From assembly GCA_965234725.1 (NCBI GenBank), contig CBDDUX010000003.1, forward strand, positions 79,047 to 143,046: a stretch of DNA of 64,000 nucleotides. Reading direction: 5' to 3'. A program made the translations under genes and the position numbers. The stretch comes from Thermoplasmatota archaeon. Its GTDB lineage: Archaea; Thermoplasmatota; Penumbrarchaeia; Penumbrarchaeales; Penumbrarchaeaceae. Shown here piece by piece: positions 29,558 to 39,799 of this stretch. Below the pieces are notes generated by a model. The model was not told the DNA's origin, did not search any database, and saw only the letters and a program-made list of their open reading frames with translations. The number at the start of each line of letters is the position of its first letter. Position 1 is the first letter of the stretch.

Positions 29558-30823
29558 ATGTCTTCCAGTGAGTTCCGGGCAAGGATGACCAAGGGTGGAC
29601 TGGCAATGAAGAACCAGGACTATCATTTGGCCCTAGATGAATACACAAAGGCCGTGAAAGAGGATACAGAAGACCCTGATGGTTTTTTCAACAGGGCAAT
29701 TGCACTTCAGAACCTTATGAGGGATGATGAAGCAATTGAAGCCTATAAGAAGGCAATAAAGATCGACAAGCATTATTCCAAAGCTTGGAACAATCTTGGC
29801 TCACTTCTTGCAAGAATGGGAGAACCCAAGGATGCAATGAGATGTCTTGACAAGGTGACTGATCTGGATAAGGAAAATGTTGAAGCATGGTTCAACAAAG
29901 GGGTACTTCTTGCAAAATACGGAAGGGTAAAGGATGCAATAGTCTGTTTCAAAGCTGTTCTCGATCTTGATTCAAGGGATACAGAGGCTATGTACAATCT
30001 GGGAGTCGTCTACGAGGCAATGGGAGAGAAGAAAGATGCGGAGACCTGGTTCGAGAAAGCCCTTTCGGAAAAGGTGACCATAGACGAGGATTCCTACAAG
30101 CGCTACAATGTTGATGTTTTCTCCATGTTCGATACTGATGAAGAGGGTAAACTAATCTCAGATGTCGAATGGCTTGATAGAGGTTCAAAGTTCATGCTTG
30201 ACAATGATATAGACAGGGCGATCTTTTGTTACAACAAGGCATTGGAGCTAAATCCAGGTAATCCAGATGCATGGTTCGCTTACGGAAATTCCATGCATGT
30301 CATCGGAAAGCTTGAGGAGGCCCTTGAATGTTACAAGAAATCCCTGAAGTTGAGACCAAAGAAATCAGAAGTTTGGTACAATATGGGTAACGTTTTCATG
30401 GATATGAAGAAGCTTCACAAAGCCATCGAGTGTTTTGATAAATCACTATCACTTAATCCGCATAAATGGGATGCTCTTGCAAATAAGGGGGCAGCCTTGA
30501 AGAATCTTGGTAGGATCGAGGAATCCATCAATGTCTATGAGAAGGTCCTTGAACATGATCCGAAGAACTCAATGGCATGGTTCAACCTCGGTAATGCATA
30601 TGATGCTCTGGGTAAGTTCAGGAGGGCTATATCATCCTTTGATAAAGCAATAGCCCTGGAACCGAACAACTCGGAATACTATTACAACAAAGGTGTCATA
30701 CTTTATGAGAAGGGTAGGATCATAAAAGCAAAAGAGGCTTTTGACAGGGCTTTGGCCCTGAATCCGACATTCATAGAAGCTGCTATGGCCAGAGATGAGA
30801 TCATTAAAGGTCTCAGAACGTGA
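29558..30823 (+). CDS. Tetratricopeptide repeat protein (two TPR blocks)
   Basis: Repeated AW.N.G..L..G...EA...Y.KAL...P units; start uncertain (29507/29558/29585). Confidence 0.92.
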   Translation: MSSSEFRARMTKGGLAMKNQDYHLALDEYTKAVKEDTEDPDGFFNRAIALQNLMRDDEAIEAYKKAIKIDKHYSKAWNNLGSLLARMGEPKDAMRCLDKVTDLDKENVEAWFNKGVLLAKYGRVKDAIVCFKAVLDLDSRDTEAMYNLGVVYEAMGEKKDAETWFEKALSEKVTIDEDSYKRYNVDVFSMFDTDEEGKLISDVEWLDRGSKFMLDNDIDRAIFCYNKALELNPGNPDAWFAYGNSMHVIGKLEEALECYKKSLKLRPKKSEVWYNMGNVFMDMKKLHKAIECFDKSLSLNPHKWDALANKGAALKNLGRIEESINVYEKVLEHDPKNSMAWFNLGNAYDALGKFRRAISSFDKAIALEPNNSEYYYNKGVILYEKGRIIKAKEAFDRALALNPTFIEAAMARDEIIKGLRT

Positions 30824-30967
30824 AATTAACCCTATATATTGCCAACATCGACACTGTTATCAATTATCTATGGATGATAATAAAAAAGGAGATCCTGTCA
30901 AAGATACAGGACCCCCGGGGTTTTTTTCAACAAATATGGATATTTTTCATTGGATCCAATTTTGATA

Positions 30968-32656
30968 TTATTTTGATAGTTTTCCCTTCTTACCGCATTT
31001 CGGACATGTGACGACAATGGGTCTTTTTGGAGATTTTACCACGATCTTTGCGCCGCATTGATTGCATTTTACAACCTTTGGTTTGTACGCCTTGGATTCC
31101 ATTTCCTCTTCCTCCTGTTCCTTTTCCTCCTTGGCGGGTGGCTCTTCCTCCTCCTCATCATCTTCTATGATCACTTTGGCCTTTTTCTTCTTCTTGGTTG
31201 AAACCTTTACTGTGATCTCTTCTTCTTCATCCTCTTCGGGAGGTTCCTCCTCCTCGATCACCGGAGCCTTCTTCTTAATGATCCTTCTTCTAGAGGTTTC
31301 CTTCTTCTCTTCCATATCTCCGTAAGGTTCCTCCATTTTCTTTGCTTTGAGCTCCTCTATCTCCTTGTTATGGTCTTCCAAGGGAATATATTGACTTCTT
31401 TCCTCATTGAAGGAATCCATCTCTTCCTGGAGGGATCTCCTCTCATTCTTCAGGAGCTTCATTTCCTCCTCGATTTCGGTCTCCTTCTCCACCATTCGTT
31501 GTCTGTCCTTTTCAATTAATTTACTGGCATTTTCAAGGTCCTTCCTTTCATTTGTCAGGTCCTCTTTCATCCTATCAAGGTCCATCTGTTCCTTTATGAA
31601 GGATTCTCTTTCCTTTTTCAATCCTTTCGATTCTTCCTTAAGCTCCTCTTCATCCCTTGAAAGCTTCTCTTCCCATGCCTCTATCTTGGACTGACCCTTT
31701 TCATATTCTTTGAACTCTACCCTGAACTTGTTATATCTATCCTGAAATTCTTCGAATTCCTTCTCATGCTGTTCCCTTTCTTTCTGGAACTCATCGACAT
31801 CCTTCTGATAAAGTTCCCTCTTCCTCTCAAGGGCTTCGGATTCCTTGTCTATCAGCATGCGTTCCTTCTTTATCTTCGATTCCAGGGTTTCAAGGTCCTC
31901 TCTTTCCTTTTTCAAAGCTTCCTTTTCATCGAAGAATCTCAATTCTCTATCTTCTTGTTCCTTCCTCTGCTTTTCTATCACTTTCTTGTCCTGTTCAATG
32001 GCGGATTTCTGGACATCAAAGGTTTCTCTTTCTTCCTCGATCTCCTTTCTCATTTTCAAGAACTCGTCCCTTTCACCTTCAAGGGCTTTGATCTCTTTAA
32101 GCAGGTTCTCTCTCTTGTCCATAAGGTCCTTTCTTTCCTTGCCTAATTTGGTCTCCCTTTTCTCGAGTTCATCTCTGTCATCCTGGATGGATAAAATGTG
32201 GGCCTTGATGTATTTCTCCATCATTGCTAAAAGGTCCTTCTCACCATCGATAAGTGTTGATCGTTTCTTGGTCAGATCTTCATATGAGGATTCAATATCA
32301 TCCTTCAAGTTCATCGCATTCTGGAGGTCCTCATTGAGCCTGTAACCCTCCAGATCCTCTTCTGGATCTTCCTCATCTACTTCCTCAACCTCTTCATGGT
32401 CCTCCATTTCTTCTTCCTCTTCATCATCCTCAATGAGGACCACAGGTTTCTTCTTCTTTGATTTTACTGGGACCTCTTCATCCTCGTAATCTTCCATGAC
32501 GATAGTTGCCCCTTTTTTCTTGGGAGTGACCACGATCTCTTCTTCCTCCTCGAACTCTATTTCTGGTTTGGTCTTTCCCTTTGATCGTTTCTTTGAACTT
32601 TTAACCTCGACATCATCATCATCTTCTGACCATTCGACCTTCGCCCTTCTCGGCAT
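30968..32656 (-). CDS. Long coiled-coil protein with acidic/basic low-complexity ends and C-terminal Zn ribbon
   Basis: GGAGGTG SD before ATG 32656; heptad-like E/K/R region; KCNQCG...CPKCG at the C-terminus. Confidence 0.85.
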   Translation of the reverse strand: MPRRAKVEWSEDDDDVEVKSSKKRSKGKTKPEIEFEEEEEIVVTPKKKGATIVMEDYEDEEVPVKSKKKKPVVLIEDDEEEEEMEDHEEVEEVDEEDPEEDLEGYRLNEDLQNAMNLKDDIESSYEDLTKKRSTLIDGEKDLLAMMEKYIKAHILSIQDDRDELEKRETKLGKERKDLMDKRENLLKEIKALEGERDEFLKMRKEIEEERETFDVQKSAIEQDKKVIEKQRKEQEDRELRFFDEKEALKKEREDLETLESKIKKERMLIDKESEALERKRELYQKDVDEFQKEREQHEKEFEEFQDRYNKFRVEFKEYEKGQSKIEAWEEKLSRDEEELKEESKGLKKERESFIKEQMDLDRMKEDLTNERKDLENASKLIEKDRQRMVEKETEIEEEMKLLKNERRSLQEEMDSFNEERSQYIPLEDHNKEIEELKAKKMEEPYGDMEEKKETSRRRIIKKKAPVIEEEEPPEEDEEEEITVKVSTKKKKKAKVIIEDDEEEEEPPAKEEKEQEEEEMESKAYKPKVVKCNQCGAKIVVKSPKRPIVVTCPKCGKKGKLSK

Positions 32657-32854
32657 CTCTTCACCTCCTTTCTGGGTTTTTACACTCCAGTATATGTAAT
32701 ATAATGTTGGAAGGAGCCATCTCCTTATAAATTTTTTTATTAAAGATATAATATATGGAAATGATATTATTATTATTGAAAAATGAAACGTTATAGTGTG
32801 GTGAAAAATAATGACTTCAAAAATCATCGGAGAGATCAAAGGGGCTCCCTTAAA

Positions 32855-33259
32855 ATGCCCTTTTCTTTGAAAGAAACCCAGACAATATCATCTGCAACAA
32901 GATTCGTGATGAAAAACCCCAATATCAGAGATTTTGCCGTATTGGATGAAAATGATAGAGTGACAGGTTTCCTTCCGATGAGCGAGCTGGCAAAATACAC
33001 TCTTACAAAAGTGTTTCCAAAACTTACATCCGAAGTGGAAATAGACCATATCTTACCTCCATCCATAGTTAAAACGATCTCACTTCCTCCAGTAACTGTT
33101 CATTTCGAAGATACACTACAAGATGCTATCAAGATAATACTATCACACGTCTCAAGCGAGGTACACATAGTTAATGCGGATAATGTACTATTGGGTTCAT
33201 TGGTCATTGAGAAACTGTTTTCAATATTACATGAAACAGGAAGCATTAAGAAATTATAA
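32855..33259 (+). CDS. CBS-domain pair protein
   Basis: FAVLDENDRVTGFL and VTVHFEDTLQDAIKII...IVNADNVLLGSL. Confidence 0.7.
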   Translation: MPFSLKETQTISSATRFVMKNPNIRDFAVLDENDRVTGFLPMSELAKYTLTKVFPKLTSEVEIDHILPPSIVKTISLPPVTVHFEDTLQDAIKIILSHVSSEVHIVNADNVLLGSLVIEKLFSILHETGSIKKL

Positions 33260-33419
33260 CAAATAATCAAATATATTCAAAATATATTTTAAATCCAGTT
33301 TGAATTAATGTTTTCAGACATTTTTCCGAAAGATATCAAATAGGTTTAGACGATGGAAAATGATTTGTCATCATTCGTTATTGACCCAATTGGACACAAG
33401 GGCTCCCGGAAGGATCAAG

Positions 33420-36400
33420 ATGGAAACCGAACAAGGGGAAATGAAAAGGAAATGTCAAAAGGATCCGAACGATCCCAAGATAGAAGGAAAGGACCAGTGG
33501 TCCGTGGAGCTTGAGGATGAAGGGGTACTATCCGTAAGGACCCCTTTGGTTCCCCTTACTGATGATAAAGATACATATATTGTCCTTGGTAGAAGCAGTT
33601 CTTCCCACAAGAAATGGCGAAGGAAAGGTCTTCTGGAGATCGGAGCTGTAGGTGAACACCAGGATACCGGCAGAGACCTGTTCGGAAAGAAGGTCTTTCT
33701 CGATGCAGCGTTCCCACATATCATTTTCATTTGTGGAAAGAGAGGTAGTGGCAAATCATACACTTTGGGCATCTTCGCTGAAGAACTTATGAGATCGGCC
33801 ATCGGAGTTGGTGTGATAATGATCGATCCCATAGGGATCTTCTGGTCATTGAAGGAAGAGAACCGATCGAAAAGGGAGAAGAAGGTTCTTGAGAAATGGG
33901 GTCTGGAACCTCATTCATTTCCAGAGGTCAAAGTGCTTGTTCCTGAGGGATCCATGGGACATACATCCGGGATAACCGATGGAATATTCTCAATAGGTGT
34001 TGGAGAAATGACAGCTGAAGACTGGTGCCAGGTCTTCGATGTGGATAGGTTCAAGACCCAGGGTCTTTTGATCGGATCAGCCGTAGACCAGGTGCGGAAT
34101 GGTTATGATTCCGTTAACGAAGGGAGGATCGTCCATATAAAGGGAAGAAAGGACAGATTCTCGATCGGAGATATTGTCCAATGCATGGATACTTCCATTG
34201 TTCTCACCTCAAAGACCGGTGGATTCACAGTACAAACGCGAAGATCCATCATTGCCAGGTTCAATGCTGCTGCCGGATGGGGTATCTTTTCTGTTGATGG
34301 AACTCCTCTTCGAGAGATGACCTCCGCTAATCGAGTCACTGTGCTTGATGTTTCCGATCCAAGATTGGGTGATGAGAAGAGAAGTCTGATCACAGGGGTT
34401 ATTGCTCGGAAAGTACTTTCAGCCAGGATATACTCGGCAAGGCTGGAGGAGAGAGAGATATACGATGAACTTGACCCAGATCTTATTCCGGTAACCTGGC
34501 TCTTGATCGACGAAGCGCACATAATCCTCCCACATAATAGACAAACTCCTGCCACAGAAGCTCTGGTCGAATATGCAAAACAGGGTAGAAGGCCAGGATG
34601 CGCCCTAATCCTTGCAACCCAGAGACCTGCTTCTACCTCAGATGAGATCCTCTCTCAGGTGGACCTTCTGATAGGGCATAATCTGGCTCTTGAAGATGAT
34701 ATGACAGCCCTTAGGAGAAGGGTTCCTGCAAAACTACCATCCGAATTCGCAAATTCCGATTTCATCAGAGCAATTTCGGTAGGAACTGCCATAATGGCGG
34801 ACCAGAGAACACAGCAGAGATCGTTCCTTCTGAGGGTAAGACCAAGGTTCTCTCACCATGCAGGTTCCTCTGCAATGCCCAGAGCATTCATCGAGAGACC
34901 ACAGATCCCCTCTACCCCCATACCCGTTTCCGGATCCTACGACCTGGTCAGAGACCATTATAAGGTTGATAGACCTACTCCGTTTCCCGCAGAAAGTGAA
35001 GATACCGAGAAAGTATCCGATCAAATACAAGGTCCAAATGACCAGACCATGTTCGAAAAGATAGTATCATCAGATCCCGATATAGGAATAGTGAACGAAC
35101 CGGAAAAAATGGGCAATGTTACACAGAGATCAACTGAAGAGGATCAAGAGACCTTCAAAGAACCATTTGAACTAGGTTTAAAGGATGGATCGCTCAACAG
35201 GTCCGATCTCCAATGGATGTGCCAGGTCATGGGAATATCCATGGAAGGATCTGATACAGATATTCTCTCAAGGATACTGGATCAGAGTATCGTAAAGGAT
35301 GAGATCGAACAGGGGCATTCTGAAACAGGGGAGCGACTTGCATACCTGATGGGATCTGCAAGGAAAGAAAGACAGGAAAATGATAAACTCCTTGAAAAGA
35401 TCGACATTTTGGAGAAGAAGCTTGAAGGAAAAACAAGAAAAAAGAAGAAGATAAAGGGAAGAGGGATGGTCCTTGAATGGGAAGGTAAGAAGAACCATCC
35501 GGATGTGGAAACATTGGTTAGAGAGGTCCAATCCGTCAAAGAGGAATTGGAGGTTACTAAAAATAGAATAGCACCGACATCCGATCCCGCACTTATTGAA
35601 CTCCTCAAAAGGATGGAAGAGGAAAGAAAAGAGAACATGAAAAGGCTCGAGTTGATGGAGCATGTATTGAGAAAGGAGCTAAATGATATTCGGAAGGGAT
35701 TGAAACAAAGACAAGTCTCAAAGGAAATGACACATTCGAATGATGATTCAAGCAAAAGCCCATCTTCAAGTATCAAAAGAAAGGAGAGAACCCTTCCTCC
35801 AGTGGAGAAATCACCTATTGTGCCGAAAAAGAAGGTGTTGAAGAAAGGAAAGAGTGCAGTTGCAATATCACCTATGATCGGAAAAAGGACGGCATCAGAA
35901 TCAGCAAAAAGGAACCTGAAAAGAACATTCCTCAGAGGACCCAAGGAGATGATAGAATCGATTATTCCATTGTATTTGCCCATATATCGCTTTCTTATTA
36001 GATATAAAGGTAACATCATAGTAGGAAAAAAGGAAGGGGATCTTTTCATTGACGGGATACTTGGGGAGATCTTATGCGGAGGAAGGAGTGAACTGGGAAG
36101 ATCCAAGGGATTGAAAGATCTTCTAAAAATGACGGATCTCGAGACACGGGTCTATAGAGGAATAGGTAATGGAAAAAGAGAAGACCTGCAGATATCCAAG
36201 AAAGCATCTGTTCCTTTGAAGGAGACAAGGAGGGCGCTTACCTCTCTTCAGAAAAAGGGTATAGTTGACGTCACTTCCCTTGAAGGCGAGATCAAGATAT
36301 ATTCCATCAGCACTGAAATTGATATACCCAGAAGGTCTTGGTGCAAGGACCCTGGCCTTGACCCAAAGGTTCTGAATGGGATAGAAGAAGCATTTATAGA

Positions 36401-36620
36401 ACCGATCATCTCGCTGAATGAGGCTGAGAGGTTGGTCCATTTTTTATCGGAGGATATTTCCATAATTCAGAGTGATATCATAATGTATCCATTCTATGTG
36501 GCCTCTATTGTTGGTGAAGGAAGAGAAAGGTATGTTGCTGTTGACGGTGTTTCTGGGAAAGTCGATAATGATCTGGCTCCAGCCCTACAGAAGGTTATCG
36601 GATCGTTGAATAGGAATTGA
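33420..36620 (+). CDS. HerA/FtsK-superfamily ATPase (DUF87/DUF853-like) with long C-terminal extension
   Basis: GKRGSGKS, IDP.G, LLIDEAH, QGR..G, ATQRP; then SAP-like segment, coiled coil, wHTH; start uncertain (33360/33420). Confidence 0.88.
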   Translation: METEQGEMKRKCQKDPNDPKIEGKDQWSVELEDEGVLSVRTPLVPLTDDKDTYIVLGRSSSSHKKWRRKGLLEIGAVGEHQDTGRDLFGKKVFLDAAFPHIIFICGKRGSGKSYTLGIFAEELMRSAIGVGVIMIDPIGIFWSLKEENRSKREKKVLEKWGLEPHSFPEVKVLVPEGSMGHTSGITDGIFSIGVGEMTAEDWCQVFDVDRFKTQGLLIGSAVDQVRNGYDSVNEGRIVHIKGRKDRFSIGDIVQCMDTSIVLTSKTGGFTVQTRRSIIARFNAAAGWGIFSVDGTPLREMTSANRVTVLDVSDPRLGDEKRSLITGVIARKVLSARIYSARLEEREIYDELDPDLIPVTWLLIDEAHIILPHNRQTPATEALVEYAKQGRRPGCALILATQRPASTSDEILSQVDLLIGHNLALEDDMTALRRRVPAKLPSEFANSDFIRAISVGTAIMADQRTQQRSFLLRVRPRFSHHAGSSAMPRAFIERPQIPSTPIPVSGSYDLVRDHYKVDRPTPFPAESEDTEKVSDQIQGPNDQTMFEKIVSSDPDIGIVNEPEKMGNVTQRSTEEDQETFKEPFELGLKDGSLNRSDLQWMCQVMGISMEGSDTDILSRILDQSIVKDEIEQGHSETGERLAYLMGSARKERQENDKLLEKIDILEKKLEGKTRKKKKIKGRGMVLEWEGKKNHPDVETLVREVQSVKEELEVTKNRIAPTSDPALIELLKRMEEERKENMKRLELMEHVLRKELNDIRKGLKQRQVSKEMTHSNDDSSKSPSSSIKRKERTLPPVEKSPIVPKKKVLKKGKSAVAISPMIGKRTASESAKRNLKRTFLRGPKEMIESIIPLYLPIYRFLIRYKGNIIVGKKEGDLFIDGILGEILCGGRSELGRSKGLKDLLKMTDLETRVYRGIGNGKREDLQISKKASVPLKETRRALTSLQKKGIVDVTSLEGEIKIYSISTEIDIPRRSWCKDPGLDPKVLNGIEEAFIEPIISLNEAERLVHFLSEDISIIQSDIIMYPFYVASIVGEGRERYVAVDGVSGKVDNDLAPALQKVIGSLNRN

Positions 36621-36688
36621 TGATTTACCCAAAAGGTTTTATTGGAAAAAAGGCTGGTCCCAGTTACCTGTTTGGTTGGTGAGAACGT

Positions 36689-37603
36689 TTGGCAAAGAGA
36701 AGAATGGTAAGACCCGAAGCAGAAGACGAGGAGGAGGAGGAAAAGAAGGAGGAGCATAAAAAACATGCTTTCAAACCTCCCGAATTTGATGAGACAGAGT
36801 TCCTCCAGACAGAGAACAGGTCAGCCAAGCTAATATATATCTCACTGGCAACAGCGCTTGCGGCAGGTATTGTGACATTTGGTATCATGACCGGACTTCA
36901 TATGTTCGGTATGGGAGGGGTTTTTGTAATCCCCTTGATTATCCCCGTGATCTTTGCAGGTGTAACAGTATATCTTTTTTCCAGGTTTGGTATAGATGTG
37001 AGGAACCTTGAATGGAAGAAATGGTTGGAGAATGGTTTCATGTATGTGGTTGCATGGTTCGCTGTGTGGCTTGTATCAATGAATCCACCGTTCTCAGATT
37101 TTGCAGACCCCCTTGTTTCAGAGCCTTTAATCGAGATCGAGGTTGGATCAGGACAGACATTCCATTACATCGGTGATACCATGTTCGTAGATGGGACGGA
37201 GCAGGAATACAGTTCCATTTCGAATATTGAGGATGTATCCAGAATTCACATATATACCACCATTACAGACAACTGGGACCTCAAGAATGTTGATATTTCG
37301 GTTGAATACAGTGTTGAAGGTTCAACCCGGGTCATTGAGGAAGGTTCAATGCTGAACCTTTCGATCGTCAAGGCCAAAGAGAATCTGGACGTTCCGAAGA
37401 ATATATCAAGGGCTCTGGATAACGAATGGTTGATCACCAATGATGATGTCAGGAAAGAGAAGATGTATATCGTATCAATGGTGTTCGACAATCAGACGGA
37501 CCTTGACCTTTCCGATGGTATCACGTTCACGATCATCTTCAAGGCAGAGGATACTCGTAACAACGATGTAAGAAAAGAACTATCGATTAAGATAACATCT
37601 TGA
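36689..37603 (+). CDS. Conserved archaeal membrane protein (3 TM, NPPFSD motif, extracellular beta domain)
   Basis: TTG start; F.PPEFDE.EF, three TM helices, NPPFSD. Confidence 0.75.
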   Translation: MAKRRMVRPEAEDEEEEEKKEEHKKHAFKPPEFDETEFLQTENRSAKLIYISLATALAAGIVTFGIMTGLHMFGMGGVFVIPLIIPVIFAGVTVYLFSRFGIDVRNLEWKKWLENGFMYVVAWFAVWLVSMNPPFSDFADPLVSEPLIEIEVGSGQTFHYIGDTMFVDGTEQEYSSISNIEDVSRIHIYTTITDNWDLKNVDISVEYSVEGSTRVIEEGSMLNLSIVKAKENLDVPKNISRALDNEWLITNDDVRKEKMYIVSMVFDNQTDLDLSDGITFTIIFKAEDTRNNDVRKELSIKITS

Positions 37604-37697
37604 TATTCATTTGATATTTTTTGGCCAAAAAATAAATACACATGCTCTGCCTGGTAAGGTAGTATGGGTTTTCCTTTACGTTTCGGGTTGGGATCTG

Positions 37698-39263
37698 ATG
37701 GTTGATAGAAAAGCATCCAAATTGGTCATCGACGAAGAAGAGGATGATGATTGGGACAATTGGGAGGAGGAAGAGGAAGATGAGATCATCGATGACGAGG
37801 ATGATGAAGATGAAGGATCTGAAAAAAGTAAAGATCGTTCAAGTTCCAAGAAAAGGTCTCGATCAAAAGGAAATACCGTAAAAAGAACAAGAAAGCCAGG
37901 TGGATTCAGGGAGGCTATGGAGCATCCCGGTCTAAAATGGTCTGTTAGGATATTCATTACACTTCTTGTGGTATTCCTCTTGTTTGCCCCATTGGAACCA
38001 CTTCGAAATTTAAGAGAGGCTACAGGTATTGATTCTCTTAAGAACCTGATGAGACCATATAGAACATTCCCGGAAAGAGTGGATGTAACCATGGAGGTCT
38101 CTTTCGATCTCAGTGTAAAATACGGTGCAGCAGATGAGATAGATATTCAAGTTGCCAGTCCTTTTGATATTCCCCTTGAACCAGATTCTGGTAACAGAAC
38201 GTTCATTGTTCAAGATGTAAAGAATATTGTCATGACCCCGGATCCCACCAGACCCCTCCAAGATTTCAACAAAGAATATAATTTCATCTCAGGATGGAAT
38301 TATTACAACGTGGTTCCAAGCAACTACCAGTTCAAATCTATTTACGAAGTTACTCTATATACACATGAATGGAAATTGACAGAGGATGATTCTGGAACAG
38401 TGGATGACATTCCCCAAGCATATAAGGACAAGTACCTTGGAGATGACTGGCCTGTTTTTTTTAACGGAGTTCAGAGGGATCAAGACCAGGACGGTAAACC
38501 AGATCTCTATAGGTATCATCCATCCGATCCTATGATCTCTTCCATAGCCGAATCATTGACAAGGAATGAAGAAACCGTACTTGGAAAGGTCAGGGTGATC
38601 TATGAATGGATCGTGGACCATTTCAATTACACTAATCCGGAACAGAGGATCAGAGATTCCAATCTTTACTTCGATCTTCCGAAATGGCCCACGGCATGTA
38701 TAGCAGATTGGTATGGTGATTGTGACGATCAATCACTCCTGATGGCTTCTCTTTGCAGATCCGTGGGGATCCCTGCCTGGTTAGAGATCGGTTATCTTTA
38801 CGATCAGGTTAAGGATGAATGGGGTGGACATGGATGGTTCAATGTGGTCATCCCCCTGAAGAACTCTGAAACTCCTTTCGTTGTTGCACCGATCGATCCA
38901 GTAAACAGTGAGTTCTTATTCAGAGACCCTTTCAGGATAACGGATTGGATCGATAACGGAAGTTATATTGTGAACGATGAAGGTAAGACGTTGTACAACT
39001 TGGATGATTATTACAACTTCTTTTCCCTTAAACGCCCTAGCTTCGTAGATGTGGATATAATCTCATCGTTCAGAAGCGTGAACTACGAGGAACATGGTTC
39101 CATTAAGAAATACGTTGACCAGAAGGTAGAATCAGGAAATCTACAGGGAACTGAACAGGGAATACCTGAACTCCCATCCTTAAATCCGCTTTTAGTGCTT
39201 CCCGTCCTATTCATATTCATAGCAATTCCCACAAGGAGACTCTTTCTGAAAAGGGGTTCATAA
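37698..39263 (+). CDS. Transglutaminase-like (Cys-His-Asp) membrane-anchored protein
   Basis: GDCDDQSLL..SLCRSVGIPA, GHGW, IDP; N-terminal TM and C-terminal hydrophobic+basic tail. Confidence 0.88.
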   Translation: MVDRKASKLVIDEEEDDDWDNWEEEEEDEIIDDEDDEDEGSEKSKDRSSSKKRSRSKGNTVKRTRKPGGFREAMEHPGLKWSVRIFITLLVVFLLFAPLEPLRNLREATGIDSLKNLMRPYRTFPERVDVTMEVSFDLSVKYGAADEIDIQVASPFDIPLEPDSGNRTFIVQDVKNIVMTPDPTRPLQDFNKEYNFISGWNYYNVVPSNYQFKSIYEVTLYTHEWKLTEDDSGTVDDIPQAYKDKYLGDDWPVFFNGVQRDQDQDGKPDLYRYHPSDPMISSIAESLTRNEETVLGKVRVIYEWIVDHFNYTNPEQRIRDSNLYFDLPKWPTACIADWYGDCDDQSLLMASLCRSVGIPAWLEIGYLYDQVKDEWGGHGWFNVVIPLKNSETPFVVAPIDPVNSEFLFRDPFRITDWIDNGSYIVNDEGKTLYNLDDYYNFFSLKRPSFVDVDIISSFRSVNYEEHGSIKKYVDQKVESGNLQGTEQGIPELPSLNPLLVLPVLFIFIAIPTRRLFLKRGS

Positions 39264-39281
39264 GAGGGAATCTTTAATCCC

Positions 39282-39794
39282 ATGATCCCATTCAAGTCCA
39301 TGGAACACAGGATAGAACTTGACGGATGGAAAAGCGGCATCAGATTTTCAGCATGCCATATGTTGTTGAAACACGATAAATGCTCCAGACTTCACGGCCA
39401 TTCCTACTGTATACATCTTAAAGTTCACGGAAAGATAGATGAAAACAGCATGCTACTTGATTTTGGTAAGATCAAGGGTTATTTGAGGGAATTCGCCAAG
39501 GAACTGGACCATATGACCCTTATACCGACCAATAATGATGAGATCATTATTGTGAAGGATGAAGTCCAGGGAATTGTCCATGTGGATATGTGCGGAAAGA
39601 AATATTCATTCCCTTTACCCGATGTTAAATTACTTCCCATTCCTACAACAACTGTTGAAGAGATGTCAAAGTATCTTCTAGGGAAACTTCTGGATGGGTT
39701 CGTTTTTCCATCCAATATTTCAAAGGTTGAATTAGGTATTGACGAGGGAATGGGTCAGGGAGCTTGGGTATCTAAGGAAATGAACGGAGAGTAG
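39282..39794 (+). CDS. queD: 6-carboxy-5,6,7,8-tetrahydropterin synthase
   Basis: FSA.H, CSRLHGHSY, DFG, LDH, TTVE; next to queC/queE. Confidence 0.93.
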   Translation: MIPFKSMEHRIELDGWKSGIRFSACHMLLKHDKCSRLHGHSYCIHLKVHGKIDENSMLLDFGKIKGYLREFAKELDHMTLIPTNNDEIIIVKDEVQGIVHVDMCGKKYSFPLPDVKLLPIPTTTVEEMSKYLLGKLLDGFVFPSNISKVELGIDEGMGQGAWVSKEMNGE

Positions 39795-39799
39795 TATGA

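Noticed and set aside
30968-32656. SMC/Rad50 protein
   Set aside because: No Walker A/B, signature or hinge motifs
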